Shown: in pieces, positions 1-11,506 of the stretch | How the letters are laid out: every line of letters begins with the position of its first letter | Numbering within the stretch: the first letter of the stretch is position 1 | DNA from: Torpedo marmorata | Taxonomy: Eukaryota | NCBI GenBank assembly: GCA_977017645.1 | Contig: OZ360257.1 | Coordinates: forward strand, 15,376,001-15,440,000 | Reading direction: 5' to 3' | DNA length: 64,000 nt | Made by a program: the position numbers and the translations under genes | Notes under the pieces: model-generated | What the model was told of the DNA's origin: nothing | The model's database searches: none | What the model saw: the letters and a program-made list of their open reading frames with translations, nothing else

Positions 1-39
1 GTGGCGTTTGCAACAAAAATTAACCCAGCATTTCAAGCG

Positions 40-240
40 GGATGGTTCACGTCACAGTTCGGCGGAATGCATTTACAGCGTCAGCGACGAGGGTTCAAAT
101 ACAGCGCTGCCCTGGAAGGAGTTTTATTGCTTTCCCTCGTGAACTGCTCGGTTTCCCCGGGTACTCTGGGTTCTTCCCACTCACGAAAAAAAGTATGGGG
201 TTGGCATGTTCAGTGGATGCCATTTGGCAGCAGGGGCGTC
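40..240 (+). mobile_element. Highly decayed V-SINE-like element at the start of every unit
   Basis: TTACAGCGTCAGCGAC.GGGTTCAAAT...GGAAGGAGTTTT...GGTTTCCCCGGGTACTCTGG...TCCCAC. Confidence 0.6.
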
Positions 241-486
241 GGTATAGTTTAAATAAAAGTTCAGTCAAGCCAGCATGGCAGTTGACGAGTGAAAACAAAT
301 CATCAGGTCAGACCGACTGATGAACTTCTGAAAACTCATGGGAACAAAGTTATTTTCAGGTGTATAATAATGAAAAGGAAAATATGTGTGATAATCAGGA
401 TCATTGGGAACAAATAACAGAGAGAATTGCGAACAGGTACCCCCAGGGACGAAGTTAAAGCGAAGCAAATGGCGATAGATGAAGGC

Positions 487-730
487 GACACTCCAGTGTC
501 ACGGTTCCACGTCAGGTGATGCAGCGAGCTCGCACCTGAACCTTGTTTATTACGATAACTGGTGTTAGTTACTCTGGGCGGAGCGATCTCAGGTCATTAA
601 CTTAGAATGAACTGATACTGTTTGTTAAATCGAGTATGTGGAGGTGTTATGTAATTTAATGTCCCAGTAGAACGGCTGCCCTATAAATTAGGCTTCACAG
701 AGAAACTCTTCGTTTTCACATATTCATATG
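487..730 (+). promoter_or_regulatory. Putative core promoter of GPCR copy 1 (dyad/E-box element, GC box, TATA)
   Basis: TATAAAT at 682-688, 90 nt before ATG 772; GGGCGGAG at 576-583; CAGGTG/CACCTG at 513-518 and 533-538. Equivalent TATA motifs at 12715, 26139 (TATATAT), 40169 and 54720. Confidence 0.55.
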
Positions 731-771
731 TGCTGTGGAGAAACCGCTCTTATCCTCAAAAGATACCACGA

Positions 772-823
772 ATGGACGCCACGGAGATCTTCTATCCCAT
801 TCTTGCAATTGTCGGCATTCCTG
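772..823 (+). CDS. GPR139-like GPCR copy 1, coding exon 1 (MDATEIFYPILAIVGIP-G)
   Basis: ATG at 772, hydrophobic start of TM1, donor CCTG|GTAAGT at 823/824; phase 1 joins exon 2 to give the TM1 G-N motif. Confidence 0.85.
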
Positions 824-1010
824 GTAAGTGATTTTGCTGCGATCTCGACCGCGTGTTTTCTGGTTGTCCGTATNNNNNNNNNNNNNNNNNNNNNNNNNNN
901 NNNNNNNNNNNNNNNNNNNNNNNNNNNNNNNNNNNNNNNNNNNNNNNNNNNNNNNNNNNNNNNNNNNNNNNNNNNNNNNNNNNNNNNNNNNNNNNNNNNN
1001 NNNNNNNNNN

Positions 1011-1635
1011 TCGTCGCTCTGCCAGGATTTAAAGAATCTATTGACCTGAAGTTGTTGAAGTTAGACAATGTCCAGTCACTAGAAAATAAAACCGAAGACC
1101 TCTGGGCAATGCTGCTATATCAGAGACAGTTGAGACAAATCTCAGTTGTTTTCTGCTGCGAGTCCTGTCCAACAGAAAACACAAAGAACGCTGCGATCCG
1201 ACCAGAGGTTTTAATCATTCACAGGCTGGACTGGGACATGGTTCTGGCAAAGTGAAAGTTCACGGTGTTTGCTTTCCTGTTAATATCGGTTGGTGCACGG
1301 ACGTTGGTGTTCTTTCGAAATCTTCCTCCAGTGGCGGAGAGCAGATATCGATCAAATGAAAACTCTTCAATGTACCCCGAGGTTTCTCATCAGTTGTTCT
1401 CACCCGAGTTTATCTCCTTCACGACACCAATTACAAACAGGCACGTGCGGAGCTTCATGACGTGGTCAGTAAACAAGCCCACCCCGAGACACTTCCAGTC
1501 ACAGTCGTTGACTTTACCCAGGCCTGTCTTAAGAAAACCCTGCGCAAATATCACCAGCACGTAACCTGCTGTACCAGAGGCACCAGCTCATTTGATCATT
1601 GCGACAACACCATAGGGAGTGCCTACGTTCTTTCA
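1011..1635 (+). mobile_element. Decayed Rex1/Babar-like LINE AP-endonuclease fragment in intron 1 (also ~13068-13695, 26459-27078, 40488-41112; partial at 55179-55248 and 60186-60382)
   Basis: Translation L.NVQSLENK.EDL....LYQR......CESWLT ... HPE....VDFNQA.L...L..YHQHVTC.TR....DHC...I.NAY, with stops and frameshifts. Confidence 0.7.
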
Positions 1636-2581
1636 TGATAGAATATGTTGGTGTTTGCTGTCCACCCCATCTAAACCCCTCATGATGTTGTCTACCCCCA
1701 ATAATTCACCTCTTCCCCTTCATAGCTGCAGAGAAAAGCCCCAGCTCTGTCAACCTTCCTTCATATGATAGGTTCTGCAATCCAGGCAACACCTTTGCAC
1801 ACTCTCTAGAGCATCCAGATATTTCCTTTAAGGAGGCAACAATAACTGAACGCAACGATTTGAACTGTTTATCGTCACGTGTACGGGAAAAGGTGAAAAG
1901 ACGTTATATTGCCTGCTATCCAGGCAAATCAAGCCACATAAAATACAGCAGGCAGCGCAAGGATAAAAATAGTACAGGTGATAGTGTTACAATAAAGTAC
2001 ATTATGACGTGTTAAAGACAGGAGTGCTGTTAATCTATGCAAGTCATTACCTTTTACTCATGAGAGGTCTGTTCAAGAGCCTGCCAGCAGGAATGTAAGT
2101 GCCCTTGAATATGGTTGGGTGCGTTTTTTCCAAACTCGTGCTTCTTCTGCCCGGCGGCAGGGAGAAGGAGAGACTGCGGTAGGGGTGGAACATGTATCGT
2201 GATTATTTATACCGGAGACGGCGGGAGATATGGACGAAGTCGATGGGCGGGAGATTGGATTATTGATAACGCTGATTCCGTTCATTACTCTCCGTGGTTT
2301 CTTGAATCTTTGATGCACCCGCACCGGACACTTTCTATTGTTCATCTGCACACAACTGACAGGGTCAACGGGGGCATGCCGAAGTTCCTCTTCTTCTAAG
2401 GAAGTGAAAGCGTTGCTGCTCTTTCCATTCCGTAGTGCCAATGTAATGTTGGCAACCGCATAATTTACAGGAACACACGAATGTTTCGATTAGGTTATTC
2501 CCAAAGATTCCATTGTGAAAATCACGTTAAAGATGTTGGCATGTTTTTCTGGTAGTTTCCTGGTTTTCCACCTTGTTACAG

Positions 2582-3495
2582 GTAACCTGCTCTCGATTGT
2601 GGTCCTGTCCCGGGGAATGTGCGGCCTCTCCAAAGGAGTGATTCGTTACATGGTAACCATGGCAGTTGCAGACACAATGGTCTGTGTGTTTAACGTTACA
2701 GTGACATTCGTCTTCCGCCATCATTTTCAGGGTTCATTCTGTGCACACACCACCACTTGTCGCCTAACAGACTTCATACGGAAATCCAGCGTGCAATTCT
2801 CTGTCTGGGCCACGGTATCGTTCACAGTGGACCGCTTTATTGCCATTTGTTGCCAGCAATTCAAAACAAAATATTGTACCGAAAGAAACGCCACGGTGGT
2901 TCTTACAACTGTGGTTCTGCTGAGCTTTTTGATGCACATTCCAGCTTATTTCCGGTATGAACCCCATTACATTGTGGGTGATGTCCAATGGGGCTGCCGT
3001 ACAATAACACAATATATTACTTCACCAGCATGGCAGACTTACAGATGGTTGTCTAAACTTATGGTACCACTGGTGCCGCTGCCGCGGATGTTGCTGTTGA
3101 ATTCTCTCACCGTCCGACACATTTTACTTGTCAGCAGAGCTCGGAAGGCTTTGAAGCGCCGTGGGGACGGTCAGGTATTTGATCCCGAGATGACGAACCG
3201 GAGAACGCCCATTATTTTGCTCTTCGCCATTTCTGGTACCTTCATAGCGTTGTGGACACCGGTTACGATAATTGACCAATATTTCCATCTCACCTCAAGT
3301 TTTTCGATCGACGCCCCGAACTCACTGGTTCTGGCAATTAGAATCGCGATTCTGCTGATGTATTTGAGCTGCTCTACAAACACTTGTGTTTATGCATTGA
3401 CACAGAGGAGATTCCGGGAGGAGGTGAAGAAGGTGGTAAAATATCCATTTATTGCCCTTGTACGGTTTTTAAAACCAATGACGCAGCCACAATGA
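2582..3495 (+). CDS. GPR139-like class A GPCR copy 1, exon 2 (spliced protein 321 aa)
   Basis: Pyrimidine tract plus TTACAG acceptor ending at 2581. 7TM pattern: GN (TM1), MAVAD (TM2), VDRFIAICC (TM3), KYCT, LLNSLT (TM5), FIALWTP (TM6), TNTCVY (TM7), RRFREE (helix 8). No stops or indels. Confidence 0.93.
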
Positions 3496-4382
3496 ATCAG
3501 AGATCATGGCCCTGTTCCTTGGTTCGCTTCCAATGTCGAATCTCGTCCTTTTACGTAATAATTCCCTGTAACGTAAGCCCCGTAAACAAAGCCAACCACA
3601 CACCTCATTCCCACACCAACATTTTGGGACGTGTCCTGCTGTACTGCGAAATGGAGGCCATCCGCAAATTAGGCGACTACTGGATAACTGGCCATTGTAA
3701 ATGTCCAAACCATTTAATGAAACGTTCAACGACGTACGGCATGAATCACATTTTGCCCAGGTTAATCAATATTTCAAATTTGAGTTCAGGTTGGTTGTCG
3801 CATGTACGAAGACATCATGAGCGTGTTTTTTGATTTGATTTTTTTACAACATACCAGTTGGCATCTCATACATAGAAGAAGGAGTGAGACACAACTAAAA
3901 AGTGCAGAGTTACAGAGAAGGAGAGAAAGTGAGAGTNNNNNNNNNNNNNNNNNNNNNNNNNNNNNNNNNNNNNNNNNNNNNNNNNNNNNNNNNNNNNNNN
4001 NNNNNNNNNNNNNNNNNNNNNNNNNNNNNNNNNNNNNNNNNNNNNNNNNNNNNNNNNNNNNNNNNNNNNNNNNNNNNNNNNNNNNNNNNNNNNNNNNNNN
4101 NNNNNNNNNNNNNNNNNNNNNNNNNNNNNNNNNNNNNNNNNNNNAGTTGGTACGGAACAAAGGAGACATAATTTCACTATCTTGGGACAAATACAGAAAA
4201 CGCAAAGATTTCTCAGCAGGCCTGGTCGTCTGTGCCAGATCTTTTAAGGAAATTCCGCTGGAGAGCAGAATCGAACGTCATCGGGTCAAGCATTTGCAAA
4301 TTCATTTCTTATTCAATTTTTAAAAAGGTAGTATCCCAAACACAGGTCGTGTCATATTTAATGTTCTGAATTATAGCATAAC

Positions 4383-4393
4383 AATAAAATAAA
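4383..4393 (+). terminator. Candidate polyadenylation signal (overlapping AATAAAATAAA)
   Basis: Double AATAAA ~890 nt after the stop codon, present downstream of all five exon-2 copies; no transcript evidence. Confidence 0.35.
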
Positions 4394-4629
4394 CTTGAAT
4401 CTTCAATTTCGGCAGGATATAGATCAGGTGAAAACGTGGGCAGGGCGTTGCCAGGTGGAATTTAATACTGACAACTGCAAATAGTGCACGGCATATGCAC
4501 TAAATGTTCCATCAGGAAGGAAACGTGATGAACAGAGAGACATGGGGGTCTGAATTCATAGTTGCCTGAATTCAGCAACACGGTTTTTAGGGTGATGGTG
4601 CCTTCCTAGTTCGAGGATAATATACAAGA

Positions 4630-4970
4630 TCTCGAATTTCACAAACACTGTTCAGACTGTACTTGAAGTATTGTTTGCAGTTCTGGTCGCCACACTATTT
4701 ATGTGATTGGACCGGAGATGTTGCAGAGGAAATTCACCAGGATGTTGCCTGGAAAGGAGGACGAGCTGTGGAAGGTGTTTAATAGGGAGGGGCCTATTTT
4801 CCCTGGAGCACAGCACGTTTAGGAACGAGCTGGTAAATATAAGTAGGATGATGAGAGTCACCGATAGGGAAGATGTTCAAAATCTATTTCTAATGCCAGG
4901 GTTAACAAAAGTAAGTGGACACGAGTTTAAGGTGAGTTTTAAGGGGAATCTAGGAGATTGTCTTTTTAAA
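4630..4970 (+). mobile_element. Short, highly decayed CR1 3' fragment (also ~16670, 30110, 44175, 63340)
   Basis: CTTGAAGTATTGTTTGCAGTTCTGGTCGCCACAC, GLFSLE and GHEFKV motifs. Confidence 0.65.
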
Positions 4971-4984
4971 CAGGCATATGAAGC

Positions 4985-5072
4985 CAAGAAATATGCTGGA
5001 GGAACTCAGTAGGTCGAGCATCATTCGTGGAGATAAGATACATCGACGTTTCGGGTCAGAAACCTTCATCAC
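4985..5072 (-). mobile_element. Old Penelope-like 3'-end remnant with degenerate hammerhead (also ~17026-17112, 30459-30545, 44532-44618, 63698-63786)
   Basis: ATGCTGGAGGAACTCAG...GACGTTTCGGGTCAGAAACCTTCATCA resembles 35835-35925; the minus strand reads TGATGA-AGGTTTCTGACCC-GAAAC-GTC. Confidence 0.65.
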
Positions 5073-6624
5073 GTTTAATTTCTGATTTGCTCTTCTCGGG
5101 GATGCGGGGAAGTCAGATTTAATTCTACAAACACATCAGTAAGTAAGCCACTATTTCTGTTGGGTGCTGCATTTAACTCAATTACCTTTATGAAGTTGTC
5201 TCTCACGTATTCGGTGATTATCTATTTTATTACCCCGGACGTCTGCTCAACAGCTGAATTCCCATCAATGGGTTCCAATTTCCTTACCCGTCACTATGAA
5301 CTGTGGGAGGACGAGCAGAACTCTCCATTCCAGCATAACAGTTCCTGAATCAGCAAAAACGTAACAAGTTAATACTTGAAACTCGTGCTGCTTCCACTTG
5401 GCTCCATAATCATATGTGTGTTCAATCTTAACATGATTGAGCACATCGGCCTTTTATTGATCATCTCTGGTCCAAACGCTGTTGGTTCAGCAGATATAAT
5501 CAATGTTTACAGTCCTTTGAGTCCTAAGATCGCCTTGCCAATATCTGGAACCCTTGTTCAATTTGCTATCACCTGTGAATATCTTCCGACACTCCCATTA
5601 CATAACAATACAGAACATAAAAGAGTAGAGCCTGAAAGGGCTTCCCTTGGGTACGGTTTCTATCTTCCTCCTCTCCCGGGGTCCGAAACTCGTCGTGGCC
5701 GCTGCCGAGCCGAGGCGTCACTGTCTTGGTGACAGACCCCGAGGGTACATGATTTTACTTACAAATACAGTCGGACGCTTTATCGGCCATTTTAAAGCCT
5801 GTACGTGTCAGCCGGCATTAGGACCGGGCATTGGAACCCTTCGGAGTAGTGCTATGTCTCGTGGACAAGCGCTGTTTCTATGTCAGAAATGTCAGTCTAA
5901 GGCTTTGGGAGCCGGTCTGATGCTTGAGGTATCATGTTAAAATTAGAACTCTGCTGAATCTTGCATCACAATTAATACGCAGGGAATTCTACAGAATTCT
6001 GCCGATGCTGTGATTGTAGTGCAATGCACAAAAGTACAGAATAAACTCAGCATCTCATGCAACGTCCATTGGAAGGAAAGTTATATACATCCTGAATTAC
6101 TCCAGCACTATTGTGTATTGCACTAATATCCAGGGATGTTTTATCTAACTGCAAAACTGACACCGTTTTTTATATTAATCGAGCAAAGTCGCCATGGAGC
6201 GGTACGCCATACATTTGAACGAACCAATGGGCGCTCTGTGGAATTTTCAAATACTTTTATCAAAAATAAACATTATTACCAATAAAATAATTTACAAAAT
6301 AAAACCCTTCAGTCTTATCGCGGCATTTGTGTCATATCCATAGATAGGCATCACTCTACATTGTTAAAGTCGTTCTCTTTTAAGCACGTTTGCCACCGGG
6401 CCGATGCTCCCCCAACTGGTGATTGAGGCTTCCCCTCCGGTCTCGGCCCCTCAATGCCCGGTAACGGAAGTACTGAACACCGTGCCCCTTACACACGGCG
6501 CCATCGCGTTGGCTGCAAGCACATGCATAATGCAGGTGCTGATCAACAACACTGTGAGAACGACCGACAATAGCTAAGTAGCATGCTTTAACTTTTAAAT
6601 TTAAATTTAGATGATTATTTTTTA

Positions 6625-6868
6625 ATTTAGACGTACAGCACGATAACAACCCCTTTCGGTCCACAGGCCCATGCCACATAATCACACCCAATTGACCGAC
6701 ACACCCAGTACGTTTGAAGGGTGGGAGCAAACCGTAGTCCGTTGGGAAAACCCACGTAGACACGGGGAGAACGTAAAAACTCCTCACAGTCAGCGTGGGA
6801 TTCGATCCCCGGTCCCAATCGCAGGCGCTGTAACAGGGTTGCGCTAACCGCTACGCTAACTGTGCCGC
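6625..6868 (-). mobile_element. tRNA-derived V-SINE-like element (also ~18735-18978)
   Basis: Minus strand GGCACAGTTAGCGTAGCGGTTAGCGC (A box), GGATCGAATCCC (B box), then V-domain GGAGTTTTTACGTTCTCCCCGTGTCT.CGTGGGTTTTCC. Confidence 0.82.
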
Positions 6869-7508
6869 TCAGCGAAGAAGATTGAGTAAGTTATTGTGAA
6901 AAAGAATAAGACCCAAATTCTGATTTTCAAGATTTTCCATTCCAAAGGCAGGGTTCATAATGCTGAAAATATTATGTGCAGTAGTTCTACGTTGTTATGC
7001 AAGTTAAATCGCCAATTTATTGGCACAAACGTCGATAGCTGTTGACAAATTTAAGAAGCCCAAAGAAATAATGTGAACAATTTGTGCGAGAATTCGGAAA
7101 ATCAATTTCAATTTGCTATTTTTCATCCGAATTATTTGATCTGATTTTTGTGTCGATTTCAGAACAATTATATTTCTAACTCAAAGGCATAATGATATAG
7201 TATTTTTCAAGATTCCAACAGTGTGAATTTAAACAATACTAATGAACAGGCAAATCACCACAAGGTCTTGGGTTTGTTGGTTCCTTCACGAATCTATAAA
7301 TACACATCGTAACTATAATAATGCGATGTGGATATATTTTGTTTGGAATGATTCGTCTTCCTGATCGACATCAGCAGTTATGACTTTATTTAATCTGTTT
7401 GCTCCAATGAAAATCTGCGACTAATGACAATAATTTCGTGTTCATGTGTCATTATGTGTCAGGTTTACTTTATTTATAAGTCAGGCATTGCTGTGAATTC
7501 CATGAAGC

Positions 7509-7880
7509 CAGTGGTTTTCAAACTTTTTCTTTCCACTAACATACCACCTTAAATAATCACTGTGGCATTGGTGCTCTGTGATTAGTAAGGGTTACTTAAA
7601 TTGGTATGTGAGTGGGGAAAAAGATTGAGAACCACTGCTCCAGACCTAATTGTTACTGAAATATTTTGCTTAATAAAATTATCATTGGCCCATTTCCTTT
7701 GGAGTTATGAAGCCGTGCACATAACGAGGCAAAGAGGTATGATTAAAACAGTGGTTTTGAAACTTTTTATTTCCACTCACATACCACCTTAAATAATCCC
7801 TTACTAATCACAGAGCAACTATGGCATAGGGATAACTTAATGTGGTGTGTGAGTGTGAAGAAAAAGTTTGAAAACCTCTG
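7509..7880. mobile_element. Non-autonomous hAT (Charlie-like) element built of two ~130-bp hairpins
   Basis: TIR CAGTGGTTTTCAAACTTTTT...AAAAAGTTTGAAAACC(A/T)CTG; 8-bp TSD-like flanks CAT(G/T)AAGC and CATTAAAC. Confidence 0.75.
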
Positions 7881-9045
7881 CATTAAACTAATGGCGCAAC
7901 TGCATCTCATCTGTCCAATCATGGAGCGACCAGTAATTTTAGAGAACGAAAAAAATAACAATCCTATTCTTAGAATACTTGGTGTACATCGTAAGCCATG
8001 TAACATCTGCTAAAACTTCTTTTCATACTCGAGTTTTCAAGTCAAGTTTTTTGTCATCTGATTGTACAAGTACAACCCGAACAAACTGCGTTCTCTGGTG
8101 TAGGTGCAAAACATGCAGACATACAACCAGACATAACACACATACAGACAAATAATACATATTTACGTCATACATATAATACATTTTAAGGCACAGCTTC
8201 TCCAACCGGCGCAATGCTCTTGTCCATTGAATAAACGCGTTGCTTTTGCTGACGTAAGTTCCCAAATTTATAGAAACAACTCCCAAGTATTCGTGTTGCA
8301 TTTCGATTTTTAATATACTGCATCAAAATGTGGTGACATAAAATTGAGGGAATTAATGGAAAATAGCTAATGGTTTAGCTCTGCACGTGGCGAAATAATT
8401 TTTAATGGAAGTCAACCACTCAGAAAAGATCCCCGCATGCCGATCCAATATAAGGAAGGTATGTGCGCTACATTGCTTTATTTCAAAGAGATTTTCCGCC
8501 GCTCACGTTAAATTCAAGAAACAGTCTGGTGGCTTTTGTTTCCTCGAATTACCTCCAGCTAAAGGATTTGAGACAGCAGGATCAGAGCAGCCTGTGTGTT
8601 CCAAGTACAAGCAGCAGCTACATGGAGCTTCCCAGTTCTCCAGACAGTTGTAGATCTCGAACAAAACCAGGCTGCAATACCATCCTAGCAACGAAAATGA
8701 TCCATAATTATTTGGAGGAATTGGGCATTATTCGTCGTCTGATTTTTAACTTCCACCAAGTATAATGTGCAGCAAGATCATGAAAGAAATACTATAAATC
8801 AAAGGTAACAACAAGAACAGCATTTGCAAAGAAAATTGAAAATAATTCCGAGTTCCAGGATGAATCCGCAGTTGGAGAGAAGGGGATTGATTAAGGGGAG
8901 ATAGCATAGCTTTGTTGTTGGCAGATTATATACAACCAATTTTATGTTTGTTTCGAGGAACAGCTCAATGTATCGATGAGAGTACTGCAGTTCATGAAGT
9001 TGACACGAATTTCGGTACGACCCTGTCAAATATCCAGACAATGGG

Positions 9046-9270
9046 CTTGCACGGTTAGCGTAGCGGTTAGTGCAACACATTTACAGGGCCAGTGTCCCGG
9101 GTTCGAACCCGGCCCTGTCTGTGAGGAGTTTGTTCGTTCTCCATGTGTTTGCGTGGGTTTCCTCCGGGTGATCCGGTTTCCTCCCACCCTTTAAAACGTA
9201 TCTTTATTGGGTTATTTGAGCGGCACAGACTGTGGGCCAGAAAGGCCTGTTACAGTGCTGTATGTCTAAA
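9046..9270 (+). mobile_element. V-SINE-like element (also ~32889-33112, 46710-46932, 56486-56708; deleted in unit 2)
   Basis: GCACGGTTAGCGTAGCGGTTAG...GGGTTCGAACCC...GGAGTTTGTTCGTTCTCCATGTG. Confidence 0.82.
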
Positions 9271-9756
9271 TAATGCACTGGTCCACAGTTCAAGGGATCA
9301 AAGGCAATTTGGAAATTCGGATTCAATGTTTGCCTCGTAACAGAAGGTAATAGTTCATGATGGAATATTGAATATAGAATATAGAAATCTTCAACGTAGT
9401 ATAGGCCATTTGAGCCATAGTTTTATGCCAACCTGATAATCTCCGCTTCCAAGAATTCCGAGAATTTCCGTCCTGTATAACGCTCATTTTCTCTCTGTTC
9501 CATGCTCCAATATGCTCGTCTCTAAAGATATCCTATTGCACCTGCCTCTAAAACAGTTGCCAGCAGTGAATGCCATGCACCCATTACTCTCTGTGTGAAG
9601 ATTGTGCCTCTAACCCTCCCCATCTACTTATCCGAAGCACTTTTAAACGCCCCCCCCCCACCCAGGCTGAATGGAGGTTTTCCTTTGCGTGTGGAAACCT
9701 TTCTTCCACAGTACCAGAAAGTCAAACTATTGGGGGGACTCAGCGGATTGAACAGC

Positions 9757-9891
9757 GTGTGTGTGTGTGTGTTTCTGTATGTATGTGTTTATGTTTTGTG
9801 TGTGTTTGTGTTTGTGTTTCTGTATGTGTGTGTTTGTGTTTTGTGTGTGTTTGTGTGTTTGTGTGTGTGTGTGTGTATGTGTGTGTGTGTG
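9757..9891. repeat. (GT)n-rich microsatellite (also ~20663-20690, 33583-33670, 57191-57266; N-masked at 47397-48003)
   Basis: Direct observation. Confidence 0.9.
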
Positions 9892-10199
9892 GGGGCGGGT
9901 GGCAGCGATAGTGGAGTTTTCGGGACGATACTTTGCCTCAGGGCCATGCTTGAAGTTCAGCTCAGTAAGGTCAAGTTTGACCCTCTTTTCAGAAGAGATG
10001 GATCTGATCTCGGCTTCCATATGACATCAACGTTATTAAAGTAAATGCGCACAAGTCTAAGTAGAGCAAACATGAAGTCTCATCGCGCTTATGCCACACT
10101 CTTAAAACTACCAGAGAAACGTGGTTCAATAATAATATAATTGCAGCAAATCACGAAGTGTCTGCTGTTCTGCCTTCAGATCAGAGAACATTATTAATC

Positions 10200-11505
10200 T
10201 CAATCTCTAAAAAGGGTAATAGAGAGTATCCTGAGAATAACCGACAGGTGAGGCTTACGTCACTGGTGTGAAAACTATCGGAGAGGATTCTTTAGGACAC
10301 GATTTATGAGCATTTGGAGAAGTACAGTCGTCTGAGAGACATAAGCATGGCTTTGTGAGGGGATGGTCGTGCTTCATGAGCCTCGTTGCATTTTCTGAGG
10401 AGATAACACAATATATTGAGAAAAATGTGCTTTAGACAAGGTACATATGGATTTCAGTAAGGCGTTTGACAAGGTTCCCCATGAAAGACTCGGTCAGAAA
10501 GACATCAGGCATTCTATCCACGGAATCTCAGCTGTGTGGATAAAAAATTGGCTTGCCTGTAGAAAGCAGAGGACGGCACAGAAAGTATTCTGTCTGGAAG
10601 TCAGTGACCAGTGGAGTTCCGCAAGGATTTTTTCTAGAACCCCTGCTCTTTGTGCATTTTATTAATGACCGAGATGAAGAGCGGAAGGGTGTGTCAGTAG
10701 GTTTGCAGATGATATAATGGTTGGAGGAGCTGCAGTTAGTGTTGAGGTTTGTCGTAGATTACAATGCAGAGATGAGCGCAAAAGTGGCAGATCGACTTCA
10801 ATCCGGATAAGTTTGTGAAGCATTTTGGAAGGTCAAACCTTGATGAATACAGCATTAATGGTCGGATACTTAGGAGTGTGGAGGAACAGAGGTACCTTGA
10901 AGTTAAAATCCATAGATCTCTCAATGTTTCCGCGCAGGTTGGTAGGATAGTTAAGAAGGCCTAGGGATGCTGGGTTTCAATAATAGGGAGATTGAGTTCA
11001 ATAGTATAGATGTCATGTTGCAACTCTACACACCTCTGGTTAGACCATACTTATAGTATTGTATTCAGTTATGGCCACATCGTTATAGGAAGGATGTGGA
11101 AACTGTGGAGAGGGTGCGGAGGAGATTTACCAGTGTATTGCCTGGATTGGAAAATGTCTTCCGAGGCAAGGTTAGTAGAGCAGGGACTTTTTTGTTTAGA
11201 GTGAAGAAGGATGAGAGGTGACTTAATCAAAGTCTACAAGAATATAGACAGTAGATAGGGAAGACAGCAAGCGCCTTTTCGCAGGGAGGGAATAGCAAAC
11301 ACCAGGGGACGTTTGCACAAAGTGAAGGGAGGAAGGTTGAGGGGAGATATCAGAGGTAAATTATTCACAAATAGATGGAGGAGCCGGCAATGCTTTGCCA
11401 GGTTGGTGGTGGGGGCTGAATCACTTTGGGTATTTAAGAGACTCGTAGACAGGCACGTGGATGAACGAAAATTAGAGGATTAAAAGTTTGGAAGGTTTCA
11501 GTATT
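10200..11505 (+). mobile_element. Decayed CR1-clade LINE RT fragment
   Basis: DFSKAFDKVPHERL, WAQKWQI.FNP, RDL.V, LVRP.L and MRGDLI motifs with many stops. Confidence 0.88.
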
Positions 11506-11506
11506 T

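Noticed and set aside
2515-2581. ORF-track N-termini (MKITLKMLACFSGSFLVFHLVT) implying single-exon receptors
   Set aside because: This is the polypyrimidine tract and acceptor. It contains an in-frame stop in unit 6, and a phase-matched exon 1 supplies the proper TM1.
1-5940. Short ORFs recurring in each unit (MAFATK.., MGAA.., MKLVLL..)
   Set aside because: Recurrence reflects recent duplication; lengths and stops vary among units and several overlap TE remnants.
7509-7880. CRISPR-like or miRNA-like repeats
   Set aside because: Explained by hAT TIRs with an 8-bp TSD; there is no repeat-spacer array and the context is eukaryotic.
9046-9120. tRNA genes
   Set aside because: A and B boxes continue into a SINE body; no cloverleaf.
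9570-10044. CV-, HT- and ER-rich ORFs here and at homologous sites
   Set aside because: Translations of dinucleotide microsatellites.
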